Positions 9,452 to 17,646 of a DNA stretch of 64,000 bases are shown piece after piece. Made by a program: the position numbers and the translations under genes. Positions within the stretch are counted from its first letter, which is position 1. Every line of letters begins with the position of its first letter. The stretch lies in IMG/VR virus record IMGVR_UViG_3300032236_001850, positions 62,001 to 126,000 of that record. The stretch is one strand, 5' to 3'. The notes beneath the pieces are model-generated. The model saw nothing but the letters and a program-made list of their open reading frames with translations. It searched no databases and had not been told where the DNA came from.

Positions 9452-9679
9452 ATGACGAGAGATCAATTTAGAATAGTAGCAAAATATTACGATACAAATT
9501 CATTAACTTATATCTTCTATCTTGACACCATTATAGGATATGTGGAGATCTATAGCGATCTTTATTTCAAGGAGGTCGAGAAGGACAAATGGGAGTCACA
9601 GAAGAAGAAAAGAAAACCTGATGCCATAAATGCTGAGTGTGAATCACTCATCAAAAAATACATCTCTGCAAATTCTTAA
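9452..9679 (+). CDS. hypothetical protein
   Basis: 75 aa ORF in operon. Confidence 0.65.
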   Translation: MTRDQFRIVAKYYDTNSLTYIFYLDTIIGYVEIYSDLYFKEVEKDKWESQKKKRKPDAINAECESLIKKYISANS

Positions 9680-9690
9680 TTTGTAACATC

Positions 9691-9855
9691 ATGATAGACA
9701 GACTAATAAGTAGATTGACAATGAAGTATGAATATTCTCTATTCACAGACGTTGTTAATGGCAGATCAGTAAATCTATACACAGATGGATATGGTGTAAA
9801 GTGGATGGCACAATCAAAATGGGGATTCAGAACTAAAAGAAAGGAAGATCAATAA
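9691..9855 (+). CDS. small hypothetical protein (54 aa, not in ORF track)
   Basis: MIDRLISRLTMKYEYSLFTDVVNG...KEDQ, fills the gap between genes. Confidence 0.55.
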   Translation: MIDRLISRLTMKYEYSLFTDVVNGRSVNLYTDGYGVKWMAQSKWGFRTKRKEDQ

Positions 9856-9866
9856 ATAAAATCAAT

Positions 9867-10067
9867 ATGGCAACATTAAGCGAAGAAAACGCAGAACAAT
9901 TATTTGCGGAAATCGACAACGAGGGACTAGGTTACTGGACTCAACATTATGGATATAAGGGAGAGGAAGATCCCAAGCTAAGGGAGCTTTGCGAAAAAGC
10001 TAAAAAAGCTATGAATGAGCTGGATTCTCATATTCAGGCTATTTTCGATGAATATGGAATAGGTTAA
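9867..10067 (+). CDS. hypothetical protein
   Basis: 66 aa ORF. Confidence 0.7.
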   Translation: MATLSEENAEQLFAEIDNEGLGYWTQHYGYKGEEDPKLRELCEKAKKAMNELDSHIQAIFDEYGIG

Positions 10068-10914
10068 AATCATTTTCCCATATTGACACAATATTATAAC
10101 CAAGATCATTTAGATATTTTTCCCTGATCTTGGTTTTTCTATATAAATCACCAAATTTAGTATTATTTACGACATTCACGTCATCATGTCCGTAAATATC
10201 AGGATTTCCGTGCCAGAAATCGCCATTAAATTCATACACAGTTTTTGTCTTGCTACAATATCCATCAACAATATATTTACCTATTCTAACCTGTCTTTCC
10301 TTTATATTCAACGAATCCAACCAAAGATTTTCTTTCACACCAAATCTATCACCACATTTTGGGCATCCCTGTCCGTTAATGTGGTTTCTAGTACGTTGCT
10401 TAAATTCTCCATGCTCCCTACATACTATGGTTATCTTTGTCCTAAGATTTGAATATTCAACCAATGAATAATCATATTTTTCACCATGCACAGATCTAAA
10501 TAGGGATTTTATTTTTTCTGAGTGTATTCTTGTTGATTCTCTTGCACATTTATCACAAGTTCTTCCGCTTAAGTGATTAGCTGGGGATTGTCTGAATTCT
10601 CCATGTTTCTTGCATATTATAGTTACGTGTGGGAAAGATCCATTATATTCCACTTTGGAATAGTCATATTTGTTCCCATGAACTTCAATCGCTCTGTTGA
10701 TGAAGTTTGGATCCTTTGGTTTCATTCTTCTGCATTGATTGCATCCTATACCCCTCATATGATTACTTGCTCTCTGTACAAATCTCCCATGAACTTTGCA
10801 TAATATATTTACCATGGATTGATTGTTTTTATAATCAGCTTCAGAATAATCATACTTATCGCCATGAATACTAACTGAAGCCTCAATAAAATCAGATTTT
10901 GTCAGTTTTTTCAT
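10039..10914 (-). mobile_element. free-standing homing-endonuclease-like gene (repeated Zn-ribbon modules + PD-(D/E)XK/Vsr-like nuclease)
   Basis: Three HGxKYDYSxxxY...IxCxxHGxFxQxxxNHxxGxxCxxC repeats; C-terminal YIVDGY...YEFNGDFWHG...IVSIWE; opposite strand to flanks. Confidence 0.8.
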
Positions 10915-11047
10915 TCGTATATTTTTTTATTTCCGATTCTATAAAATTACGTATTCTTTTACTCATATCCATTCCATTCTCTTCCAATATCTTCCTGTAT
11001 TTTTCGTATGTTAGGGAGTCTATCCTTACTGTTATTAATTTTTTCAT
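10892..11047 (-). CDS. ribbon-helix-helix DNA-binding protein (51 aa, not in ORF track)
   Basis: MKKLITVRIDSLTYEKYRKILEENGMDMSKRIRNFIESEI is a CopG/Arc-like beta-strand plus two helices; overlaps the nuclease start. Confidence 0.65.
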   Translation of the reverse strand: MKKLITVRIDSLTYEKYRKILEENGMDMSKRIRNFIESEIKKYTNEKTDKI

Positions 11048-11085
11048 ATTTTGATTTTTTGTATATACATATATATCAAAATATA

Positions 11086-11118
11086 TTTTATTTTACCGGA
11101 ATAATGTTATATATTTGC
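11086..11118 (+). promoter_or_regulatory. early/host-sigma promoter
   Basis: TATATTTG at 11110-11117 with T-rich upstream element. Confidence 0.7.
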
Positions 11119-11139
11119 AATATAATAATAAAATAAACA

Positions 11140-12213
11140 ATGGAAAATAATAAAAAGTTTTTAAAGAACTATTTAGATGCATTCTCCCCCGTAGGAAAAG
11201 AATTTGAAGGACAGAAAATTTGGATTGATTACGTTAGACCCTTTGTTAATGAAATGAGAGTAGATGCTTATGGTACAGCATACGGTCTTATCAAGGGAAC
11301 AGGAGAAAAGAAAGTAATCTTGGAAAGCCACGTTGATGAAATTTCCTGGATTGTGACAGAGATAGAATCAAATGGAATGATCCGGGTTAAAACTAATGGT
11401 GGATCAGACAACATGATTGCCCCATCAATGACAGTGCTTGTCCACACTCACGAGGGTAAAAAGATACCTGGAGTTTTTGGATGGCCTGCTATCCACGTTA
11501 GAGAAAAAAGAGTTGAGATGGGACCGGAAGTTCACGAACTTTGGGTTGACCTTGGAGTTGACACTGCAAAGAAAGTTGCAAAACTTGGTGTTGAGGTTGG
11601 AAACTGCGTTACTTTTGACCAACCTTTCTTTGAACTTGGTAAGTATTACGTTGGTAGATCACTAGACAACAAAATTGGTGGATATATCATCGCAGAGGTT
11701 GCAAGAGAGCTTAAAGAAGAGGGTACGGTTTTACCATTCGACCTTTACATCGTTAATGCTGTCCAGGAGGAAGTTGGTTTATTTGGAGCGAGATTGATTG
11801 CTCAAACAATTAAACCAGACATCGCATTGGTTCACGATGTTACACACAACACAAACTCTCCTAAGATGAACAAAGCCAAATCTGGTGATGTTAAGGGAGG
11901 TGCAGGTCCGGTTATCGAGTATTCATCTCAAAACCACAAAGACCTAATCAAGATTGTTAGAGACGTTGCTAAGAAAAAAGAAATCCCTATGCAGCTGTCT
12001 GTTGGATCATACGGAAACGACACTGTTTCTTTCTTCCTTGAAAACGTCCCTACGGTGATCGTAGCGAGTCCGTTGAAGTATATGCATACTACAGTAGAGA
12101 TGGTTCACAAAGATGACGTAGCGGCTGCAATACAAGTTTTTAAAGAGACATTAAAGCAGTTGACTACAGGTACTATCGTTACCATCAACGACCAAACACA
12201 TAAATACGTATAA
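11140..12213 (+). CDS. M42 family metallo-aminopeptidase
   Basis: ESHVDEI, SLDNKIG, VQEEVGL, HDVTH, LKYMHT metal-ligand motifs. Confidence 0.9.
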   Translation: MENNKKFLKNYLDAFSPVGKEFEGQKIWIDYVRPFVNEMRVDAYGTAYGLIKGTGEKKVILESHVDEISWIVTEIESNGMIRVKTNGGSDNMIAPSMTVLVHTHEGKKIPGVFGWPAIHVREKRVEMGPEVHELWVDLGVDTAKKVAKLGVEVGNCVTFDQPFFELGKYYVGRSLDNKIGGYIIAEVARELKEEGTVLPFDLYIVNAVQEEVGLFGARLIAQTIKPDIALVHDVTHNTNSPKMNKAKSGDVKGGAGPVIEYSSQNHKDLIKIVRDVAKKKEIPMQLSVGSYGNDTVSFFLENVPTVIVASPLKYMHTTVEMVHKDDVAAAIQVFKETLKQLTTGTIVTINDQTHKYV

Positions 12214-12214
12214 T

Positions 12215-12463
12215 ATGGCAGTTTCACCAGAGTACTTAAATAAAGGTTTCCATAAGGAGGTCGATGAATTTGAAATTAAAATCGATTCTAGTCTCACCAA
12301 GAAAACCATAGCAAAAGGCGAGTCAATTAGTATTGATGTTCCGCCAGGCATGAGCAGAAAACATTTCGATCTATTAAAAACAAGATACATCTCGGCGGGA
12401 TGGAGTGATGTTTCGATGAATTCCGATCAAAGAGAGGGTACATGGTTATCTTTCAATTATTAA
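12215..12463 (+). CDS. hypothetical protein
   Basis: 82 aa ORF. Confidence 0.7.
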   Translation: MAVSPEYLNKGFHKEVDEFEIKIDSSLTKKTIAKGESISIDVPPGMSRKHFDLLKTRYISAGWSDVSMNSDQREGTWLSFNY

Positions 12464-12473
12464 GATTTATGAC

Positions 12474-12644
12474 ATGGCAAGAATAGAAATCAAAGATCTA
12501 AAATTAAGCTCAATCATTAAGAGGTGTGAGTCTTTAAAATTAGATCCAAAGAGGGTCAAAATAGAAACCGCAATATTCGAGGACATATCAAACCCCGACA
12601 TGTATTACACTAAACTATATTTAAAATATGAAAACAACAAATAA
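12474..12644 (+). CDS. small hypothetical protein (56 aa, not in ORF track)
   Basis: MARIEIKDLKLSSIIKRCESL..., overlaps NADAR start. Confidence 0.55.
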   Translation: MARIEIKDLKLSSIIKRCESLKLDPKRVKIETAIFEDISNPDMYYTKLYLKYENNK

Positions 12645-13107
12645 ATACGTATTTTTCTGGAATGGGATATACTCGCAGTGGCATAAAGCAAATATGACCA
12701 TTGACAGAATAGAATATAATTCATGTGAACAGTACATGATGCATCAAAAAGCAATGCTCTTTGGCGACGAGGAAACTGCAGAATTAATCATGCAGGAAAA
12801 AAATCCAAGAGAGCAAAAGAAATTTGGTAGAAAGATTCAGGGATTCGACAAAGCAATCTGGGACAAGAACTCATTGGCCATAGTTTATCGTGGCAACCTT
12901 GCTAAGTTCTCACAGAACGAGGGTTTAAAAAAGGAGCTTCTTGCAACAGGAGACAGAATCCTTGTTGAAGCATCCCCGGTTGATAACATTTGGGGAATAG
13001 GTCTAGATGAAAAAGCAAAAGGTGTGGAAGATCCAGCAAATTGGAAAGGTCTAAACCTATTAGGTCAAGCAATAACACTTGTGAAAAATGAACTTCGAGG
13101 AGCTTAA
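12628..13107 (+). CDS. NADAR (YbiA-like) family protein
   Basis: FFW...SQW, EQYMMHQKAMLFGD, KKFGRKI, KFSQN, LVEASPVDNIWGIG, NLLGQAI. Confidence 0.93.
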   Translation: MKTTNKYVFFWNGIYSQWHKANMTIDRIEYNSCEQYMMHQKAMLFGDEETAELIMQEKNPREQKKFGRKIQGFDKAIWDKNSLAIVYRGNLAKFSQNEGLKKELLATGDRILVEASPVDNIWGIGLDEKAKGVEDPANWKGLNLLGQAITLVKNELRGA

Positions 13108-13420
13108 AGAACAGGCAATCTTGTTTATCTACTGGTGTAATAAACTAAGAGAGGGTGAGTTTCTGGAAGGCGGACCAGTCATAACAGAAAAGGGTTTTGA
13201 TATTGCTCTAGATCTCATCGAGAGTGGAGTTAAATTGACGGAAGAGAATGCATTAAAATGTTGCAAGGAATTGGATACAGATCCGGTTGTTATTGATCTT
13301 ATCATGGAGATGCAAGAAATAGGATATGTTGAATTTTTAAAGCTGTACGAAAAACTGGAAGGCATGTCAGAAGGCGACATAATCAGAGAGACCGTAGATA
13401 AAGTTACTAAAGAAGAATAA
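13088..13420 (+). CDS. hypothetical protein
   Basis: 110 aa ORF. Confidence 0.75.
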   Translation: MNFEELKEQAILFIYWCNKLREGEFLEGGPVITEKGFDIALDLIESGVKLTEENALKCCKELDTDPVVIDLIMEMQEIGYVEFLKLYEKLEGMSEGDIIRETVDKVTKEE

Positions 13421-13422
13421 TT

Positions 13423-14202
13423 ATGGGATTAGACATTTATTTGAAAAGATACGACGATTTCGAAGCAACAAGAAAAGCACAAGAGGAGTACGAGGAACTA
13501 ACCAACAAGATTTGGGATGCTGGTGGCACAAAGTACGATGATCTAACTGATGAGCAGAAAGATTCATTCAGAGCACAGGATAAGGCAAATTCTGAAAGAC
13601 TGGGACTTGATGAATGGGGCACAGACGAAACCAATGTTGAATCGATAGAGAAACCACATCCGGATTATCCAGACCACTATTTCAAAATTGGATACTTTAG
13701 GAGTTCCTATAATGATAGCGGCATTGAAAGAATCCTGGGAAACATGGGAGTTCCAACTTTGCATGACATATTCTCAGTCGATAGCGAGGAGTATTACATT
13801 CAACCAGATTGGGAAAAATCATTGGTTAATGTTAATTCAGCAATAGAGAAACTTAAGGCTGAACCTGCATACAGAGTTAGGGCAGTAGGACAAAATATTT
13901 TCAGCGATCCCAAAGTTAATTCGGAGCAGGAGGCGATGGAAATATTCAAGGAAAAACTTAAAAAAGGAAATGACTATAACTATTCATGTTCAGAGGGAGA
14001 ATTCATGATTGCTGAGCCAGAGAAAATTGTTGGACTTATACCTGGATACACCCACGTACTTAGAAAATCACCATGTGTTTATGCCGTAACTGAAAGCGAT
14101 AACTCATGGTATATCCAGGCGTTGGAGATAGTTAAATCCACTATTGAGTACGTGTTAAGCAAAGATAAAAGAGAACAATATTATTTACACTGGAGCGGAT
14201 AA
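13423..14202 (+). CDS. hypothetical phage protein
   Basis: 259 aa; MGLDIYL N-terminus and IGYFRSSYN motif typical of an uncharacterised phage family. Confidence 0.8.
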   Translation: MGLDIYLKRYDDFEATRKAQEEYEELTNKIWDAGGTKYDDLTDEQKDSFRAQDKANSERLGLDEWGTDETNVESIEKPHPDYPDHYFKIGYFRSSYNDSGIERILGNMGVPTLHDIFSVDSEEYYIQPDWEKSLVNVNSAIEKLKAEPAYRVRAVGQNIFSDPKVNSEQEAMEIFKEKLKKGNDYNYSCSEGEFMIAEPEKIVGLIPGYTHVLRKSPCVYAVTESDNSWYIQALEIVKSTIEYVLSKDKREQYYLHWSG

Positions 14203-14204
14203 TT

Positions 14205-14780
14205 ATGAGACTAGAAGATCCAAAGAGAAATCCGGAAATGGAATCATTTATGTCATTCGAATTTCCGATAGCTAGAAACGTTAACGCCAGAACTATAGCG
14301 GATTCATTAGAATCTGTTACACCCAAAGCTCCTGGAAAAATTAAAGAACAATATGAAAATCACTGGGGAGAAACTGTTACAAAGTACGAAGGAAGTATGT
14401 TTAGTAACATTACAAGCAATGAGTCGCACCTTATGTTTGGTGACAGAGGGCACGCCTTTGGCTTTGGTTATTACGTGGTTAACGAAAGGGGTGAAATGGT
14501 TTATTCCAGCAGTGAAGAATATGCTGAGCTTGTTGAGAAATGCTCTAAATACTGGGAAGCAATGGAAATTCTTCGCAGGAAATACAAGCTCCCAGACTAC
14601 TCCGTTGAAAGAGGAAGAGGTAACCGTCTCGTTGTCAACGATAAAATCATCTACGGCATCCTCATCCACCCAGGGTCATTCGGGTCGGGAATTATAACTT
14701 TCCTTGACACTGCCTTTGATTTAATAGACAAAGAAATAGAATCTGGGAGAATAAAACCAGGGGTTTATGGAAGAGAATAG
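14205..14780 (+). CDS. hypothetical protein
   Basis: 191 aa ORF. Confidence 0.8.
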   Translation: MRLEDPKRNPEMESFMSFEFPIARNVNARTIADSLESVTPKAPGKIKEQYENHWGETVTKYEGSMFSNITSNESHLMFGDRGHAFGFGYYVVNERGEMVYSSSEEYAELVEKCSKYWEAMEILRRKYKLPDYSVERGRGNRLVVNDKIIYGILIHPGSFGSGIITFLDTAFDLIDKEIESGRIKPGVYGRE

Positions 14781-15318
14781 ATTGATTAAGAAATATAAAA
14801 TAAAGGTGAAAGCCTACAATTTCGGTGAACATTACGGAACTCATGTTGATATACAGGACAATCCACCATCGGGCCAAGATATAATTAATGCAATCATAGG
14901 ATCAAGATTGACCCTAAAATATGGGACAAGGGAGGCATCGGTGGAGGAGATTTACACATTAACAAAAGATAATGATAAGAGAGATCCAGAGGAAATAAAA
15001 AAAGAAATAGCCGAATTAGAGTCGGAATTGAAAAAATCAACAGAATACCATAAATGGGAATGGCTTATTGGAAGTGATGAACCCGGGGAAAGCATAGGAT
15101 TTTTCAATATGACAAAAACCAGATTGATATTAAAAGAACTAAGCAAAGGAAAGAGACTTCAATTTAGACACGGGGCTTTAGGAACTTATGAGGTTTATAT
15201 GAATCCGCAAGGTAATAGAATATTGTTAGATGTCGAGAGTGAAAGCGTAAACGAGGGAACAATAATGGGATTCATAGTTTGGCATGCTGGGAATTGGTAT
15301 AAACTAAAAGAGAAATAG
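14767..15318 (+). CDS. hypothetical protein
   Basis: 183 aa ORF. Confidence 0.8.
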   Translation: MEENRLIKKYKIKVKAYNFGEHYGTHVDIQDNPPSGQDIINAIIGSRLTLKYGTREASVEEIYTLTKDNDKRDPEEIKKEIAELESELKKSTEYHKWEWLIGSDEPGESIGFFNMTKTRLILKELSKGKRLQFRHGALGTYEVYMNPQGNRILLDVESESVNEGTIMGFIVWHAGNWYKLKEK

Positions 15319-15320
15319 TT

Positions 15321-15650
15321 ATGAGAAGATCCTATGCAAAACAATTAGCTGAGAATGTAACAAATCAGGAGCTGAGAGAAATGTTCTATAATGCACAAAG
15401 AGCTATAACACAATGGGGAGGATGGGAAAAAGTTAGCAAAGTTAACAAATCAATTTCTACAGCAACCGCCTTCAATATACTTTCCTGTGGCGTTGATTCG
15501 GAGGATTTTCTTGAGCAAAAGATATCACCAATAACCAAGTTTAACATGATTCGGGAATTTGGTGAGTATTTACCTAATTATCAGCCGGAACAAACCAAGA
15601 CCAAACCAAATATAAAGATTACACATCACGAACCTAAATTTTTAAAATAA
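15321..15650 (+). CDS. hypothetical protein
   Basis: 109 aa ORF. Confidence 0.75.
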   Translation: MRRSYAKQLAENVTNQELREMFYNAQRAITQWGGWEKVSKVNKSISTATAFNILSCGVDSEDFLEQKISPITKFNMIREFGEYLPNYQPEQTKTKPNIKITHHEPKFLK

Positions 15651-15883
15651 TGACATCAAAAGACTTTTGTTTTTGGTTGCAAGGCTTTTTTGAGCTATCC
15701 GAATCCGAACAACTAACACCAAGACAAGTGGAGATAATTAAAAATCATTTAAAATTGGTTTTTTATCATGATATAGATCCATCATATTCAAACAACCCCG
15801 AGGTACAGGAAGTGATGCAAGCCATTCATGATGGATCACCAAAGCCACCAAAAAGACAGGGATCATTAATAGTAAAATGTTAA
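15650..15883 (+). CDS. hypothetical protein (FCFWLQGFFE family)
   Basis: Paralog of 16078..16341. Confidence 0.75.
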   Translation: MTSKDFCFWLQGFFELSESEQLTPRQVEIIKNHLKLVFYHDIDPSYSNNPEVQEVMQAIHDGSPKPPKRQGSLIVKC

Positions 15884-15893
15884 ACAAAGAATC

Positions 15894-16097
15894 ATGATTA
15901 AAGTAAACTGGACACCAGAAAAGAAAGAAGCTGCAATCCAAAAATTGACAGAGTATTTCGAGAAACACGGAATTGGCGAAATGATAATGCAAGATGATAA
16001 TGCTTTAATAGAGGCACCGGAAGTATTATCAGATATAGCTGACGACATTCTGATTGATAACGAAGGAATAATTTTTATTGACGAGGACGATGAATAA
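15894..16097 (+). CDS. hypothetical protein
   Basis: 67 aa acidic ORF. Confidence 0.7.
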   Translation: MIKVNWTPEKKEAAIQKLTEYFEKHGIGEMIMQDDNALIEAPEVLSDIADDILIDNEGIIFIDEDDE

Positions 16098-16341
16098 GCT
16101 ACAAGGATTTGTAATGTGGTTGGATGGATTCTTAGCTGCATCAGGGGACAACTTAACAGTTGATCAAACAAAAACTGTTAAGGAAAAACTAAATTCTTTG
16201 TTTGAACACGAGGCAGAGCCACCAAAGAAACCAAATCCAACTCTTGCAGAATTGGGTGAACAACACGGATTTCCAGTGACACAAGGATTTCCAGGAGAGA
16301 ATAACGGAAGAGACGAAGACGGAGTATTGTACAGATGTTAA
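16078..16341 (+). CDS. hypothetical protein (FVMWLDGFL family)
   Basis: Paralog of 15650..15883; both end in C. Confidence 0.75.
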   Translation: MTRTMNKLQGFVMWLDGFLAASGDNLTVDQTKTVKEKLNSLFEHEAEPPKKPNPTLAELGEQHGFPVTQGFPGENNGRDEDGVLYRC

Positions 16342-16664
16342 GAAGAAGAGGACTTGCGGTAAAAAAAGATGGTAAATGGTACGTTTCCATTTGCTGTGGT
16401 GTATGCAATGGTATTGACGAGGTTTGCAATCCAATCGAATACAAGCTGCATCACTCAGACCACAAGGACTTTGATTTTATACATGAAAACACAATGAAAA
16501 ACGTTCCGATATGGACCTCGGTTATTCTTATTGAGGAAGAGGATTTTGTGGGAGGGTGTGGGCATACAGGGTATCCAACTTATACAACCTATGCAAAGCT
16601 TCCCAAGTCAGACCCACCAACATTCATGAACATTAATGAATTGGACAATTTAATAGATTTCTAA
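16335..16664 (+). CDS. hypothetical Cys-containing protein
   Basis: 109 aa; CCGVC...C motif. Confidence 0.65.
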   Translation: MLRRRGLAVKKDGKWYVSICCGVCNGIDEVCNPIEYKLHHSDHKDFDFIHENTMKNVPIWTSVILIEEEDFVGGCGHTGYPTYTTYAKLPKSDPPTFMNINELDNLIDF

Positions 16665-16999
16665 TGGGAAAAATAATATATCTAGCGTCACCTTATAGTC
16701 ATCCGGATGATGATAAGAGACAAGAAAACTTTGAGAAGATATCAAAGATAGCTGCAGATTTATGTGCAGCAGGTCAGGTAGCGTTCTCACCAATAACATA
16801 TGGTCACACCCTCGTCAATTTCAGAGGTGCAATGCCAACAGATTGGTCATTTTGGCAGAACTTCTGTCTAAGCTTTCTAGAGGTCTCTGATGAACTTCAT
16901 GTTTATAAAATGGAAGGCTGGAACCATTCGAGAGGGGTTGCGGAAGAGATAGAATTTGCCATTAAAAATGGCATAGAGGTGAAATATATTGATTGTTAG
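16664..16999 (+). CDS. DUF1937 / nucleoside 2-deoxyribosyltransferase-like protein
   Basis: IYLASPYSH, FSPITYGH, SRGVAEEIEFA. Confidence 0.8.
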   Translation: MGKIIYLASPYSHPDDDKRQENFEKISKIAADLCAAGQVAFSPITYGHTLVNFRGAMPTDWSFWQNFCLSFLEVSDELHVYKMEGWNHSRGVAEEIEFAIKNGIEVKYIDC

Positions 17000-17018
17000 T
17001 TAAAAAATTTCCGAATAA

Positions 17019-17051
17019 TTTTTTTTATTCGGAAATTTTTTTTATATTTGC
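17019..17051 (+). promoter_or_regulatory. early/host-sigma promoter overlapping terminator hairpin
   Basis: TTCCGAATAA/TTATTCGGAA inverted repeat, then TATATTTGC. Confidence 0.8.
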
Positions 17052-17067
17052 CTAACAATTAAAGGAA

Positions 17068-17169
17068 ATGAAAAAAGAAATACTTTTTATCGGCTTACCT
17101 GGATCTGGAAAGACAACCATTGTTCAAAGAGCACCAAAACACGAATTAATTTATAATCAACAAATATAA
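17068..17169 (+). CDS. 33 aa Walker-A microprotein or kinase remnant (not in ORF track)
   Basis: MKKEILFIGLPGSGKTTIVQRAPKHELIYNQQI; first ORF after the promoter; stop overlaps the next ATG. Confidence 0.6.
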   Translation: MKKEILFIGLPGSGKTTIVQRAPKHELIYNQQI

Positions 17170-17642
17170 TGGCAACATCAATTATCTCATCCGTATTATT
17201 GTCAATCATCTTCACATCTGCGATGCTGGTTCTAATATCAACCATCATGAACTGTGTAAATTATGGCAAATACAAGTACTCGTACAACCTTCTTACCAGT
17301 GGGGAATATCAATTCAACTGGAGTAGAGAAAACATGTATTTCTTTTCATACAAGGATCTTGTTGGTAAATTTTCATCAATAAGTGAAAATTCCGATCTAT
17401 CTTTAGTTTTTACCTTCGACGAAAAAGGTAAATTTAGAGCATTAAGACTACCTTCAACCAATCGAAATTTTGCATTTATCCATGCAGGATTTATTCATAT
17501 GGACCCGTATAGCATCATCTACAGAAGAAAATTTGTAAAATGGTTCGAAGCCAATAAGGAAACATTCCAGGAGAGAACTCCTGCTCAGTTTGAATTCACA
17601 GAGGATGAAATCAAAGATCTATTAGAAATCGAAAACAATTAA
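17169..17642 (+). CDS. hypothetical membrane protein
   Basis: N-terminal hydrophobic helix, 157 aa. Confidence 0.75.
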   Translation: MATSIISSVLLSIIFTSAMLVLISTIMNCVNYGKYKYSYNLLTSGEYQFNWSRENMYFFSYKDLVGKFSSISENSDLSLVFTFDEKGKFRALRLPSTNRNFAFIHAGFIHMDPYSIIYRRKFVKWFEANKETFQERTPAQFEFTEDEIKDLLEIENN

Positions 17643-17646
17643 TAAA

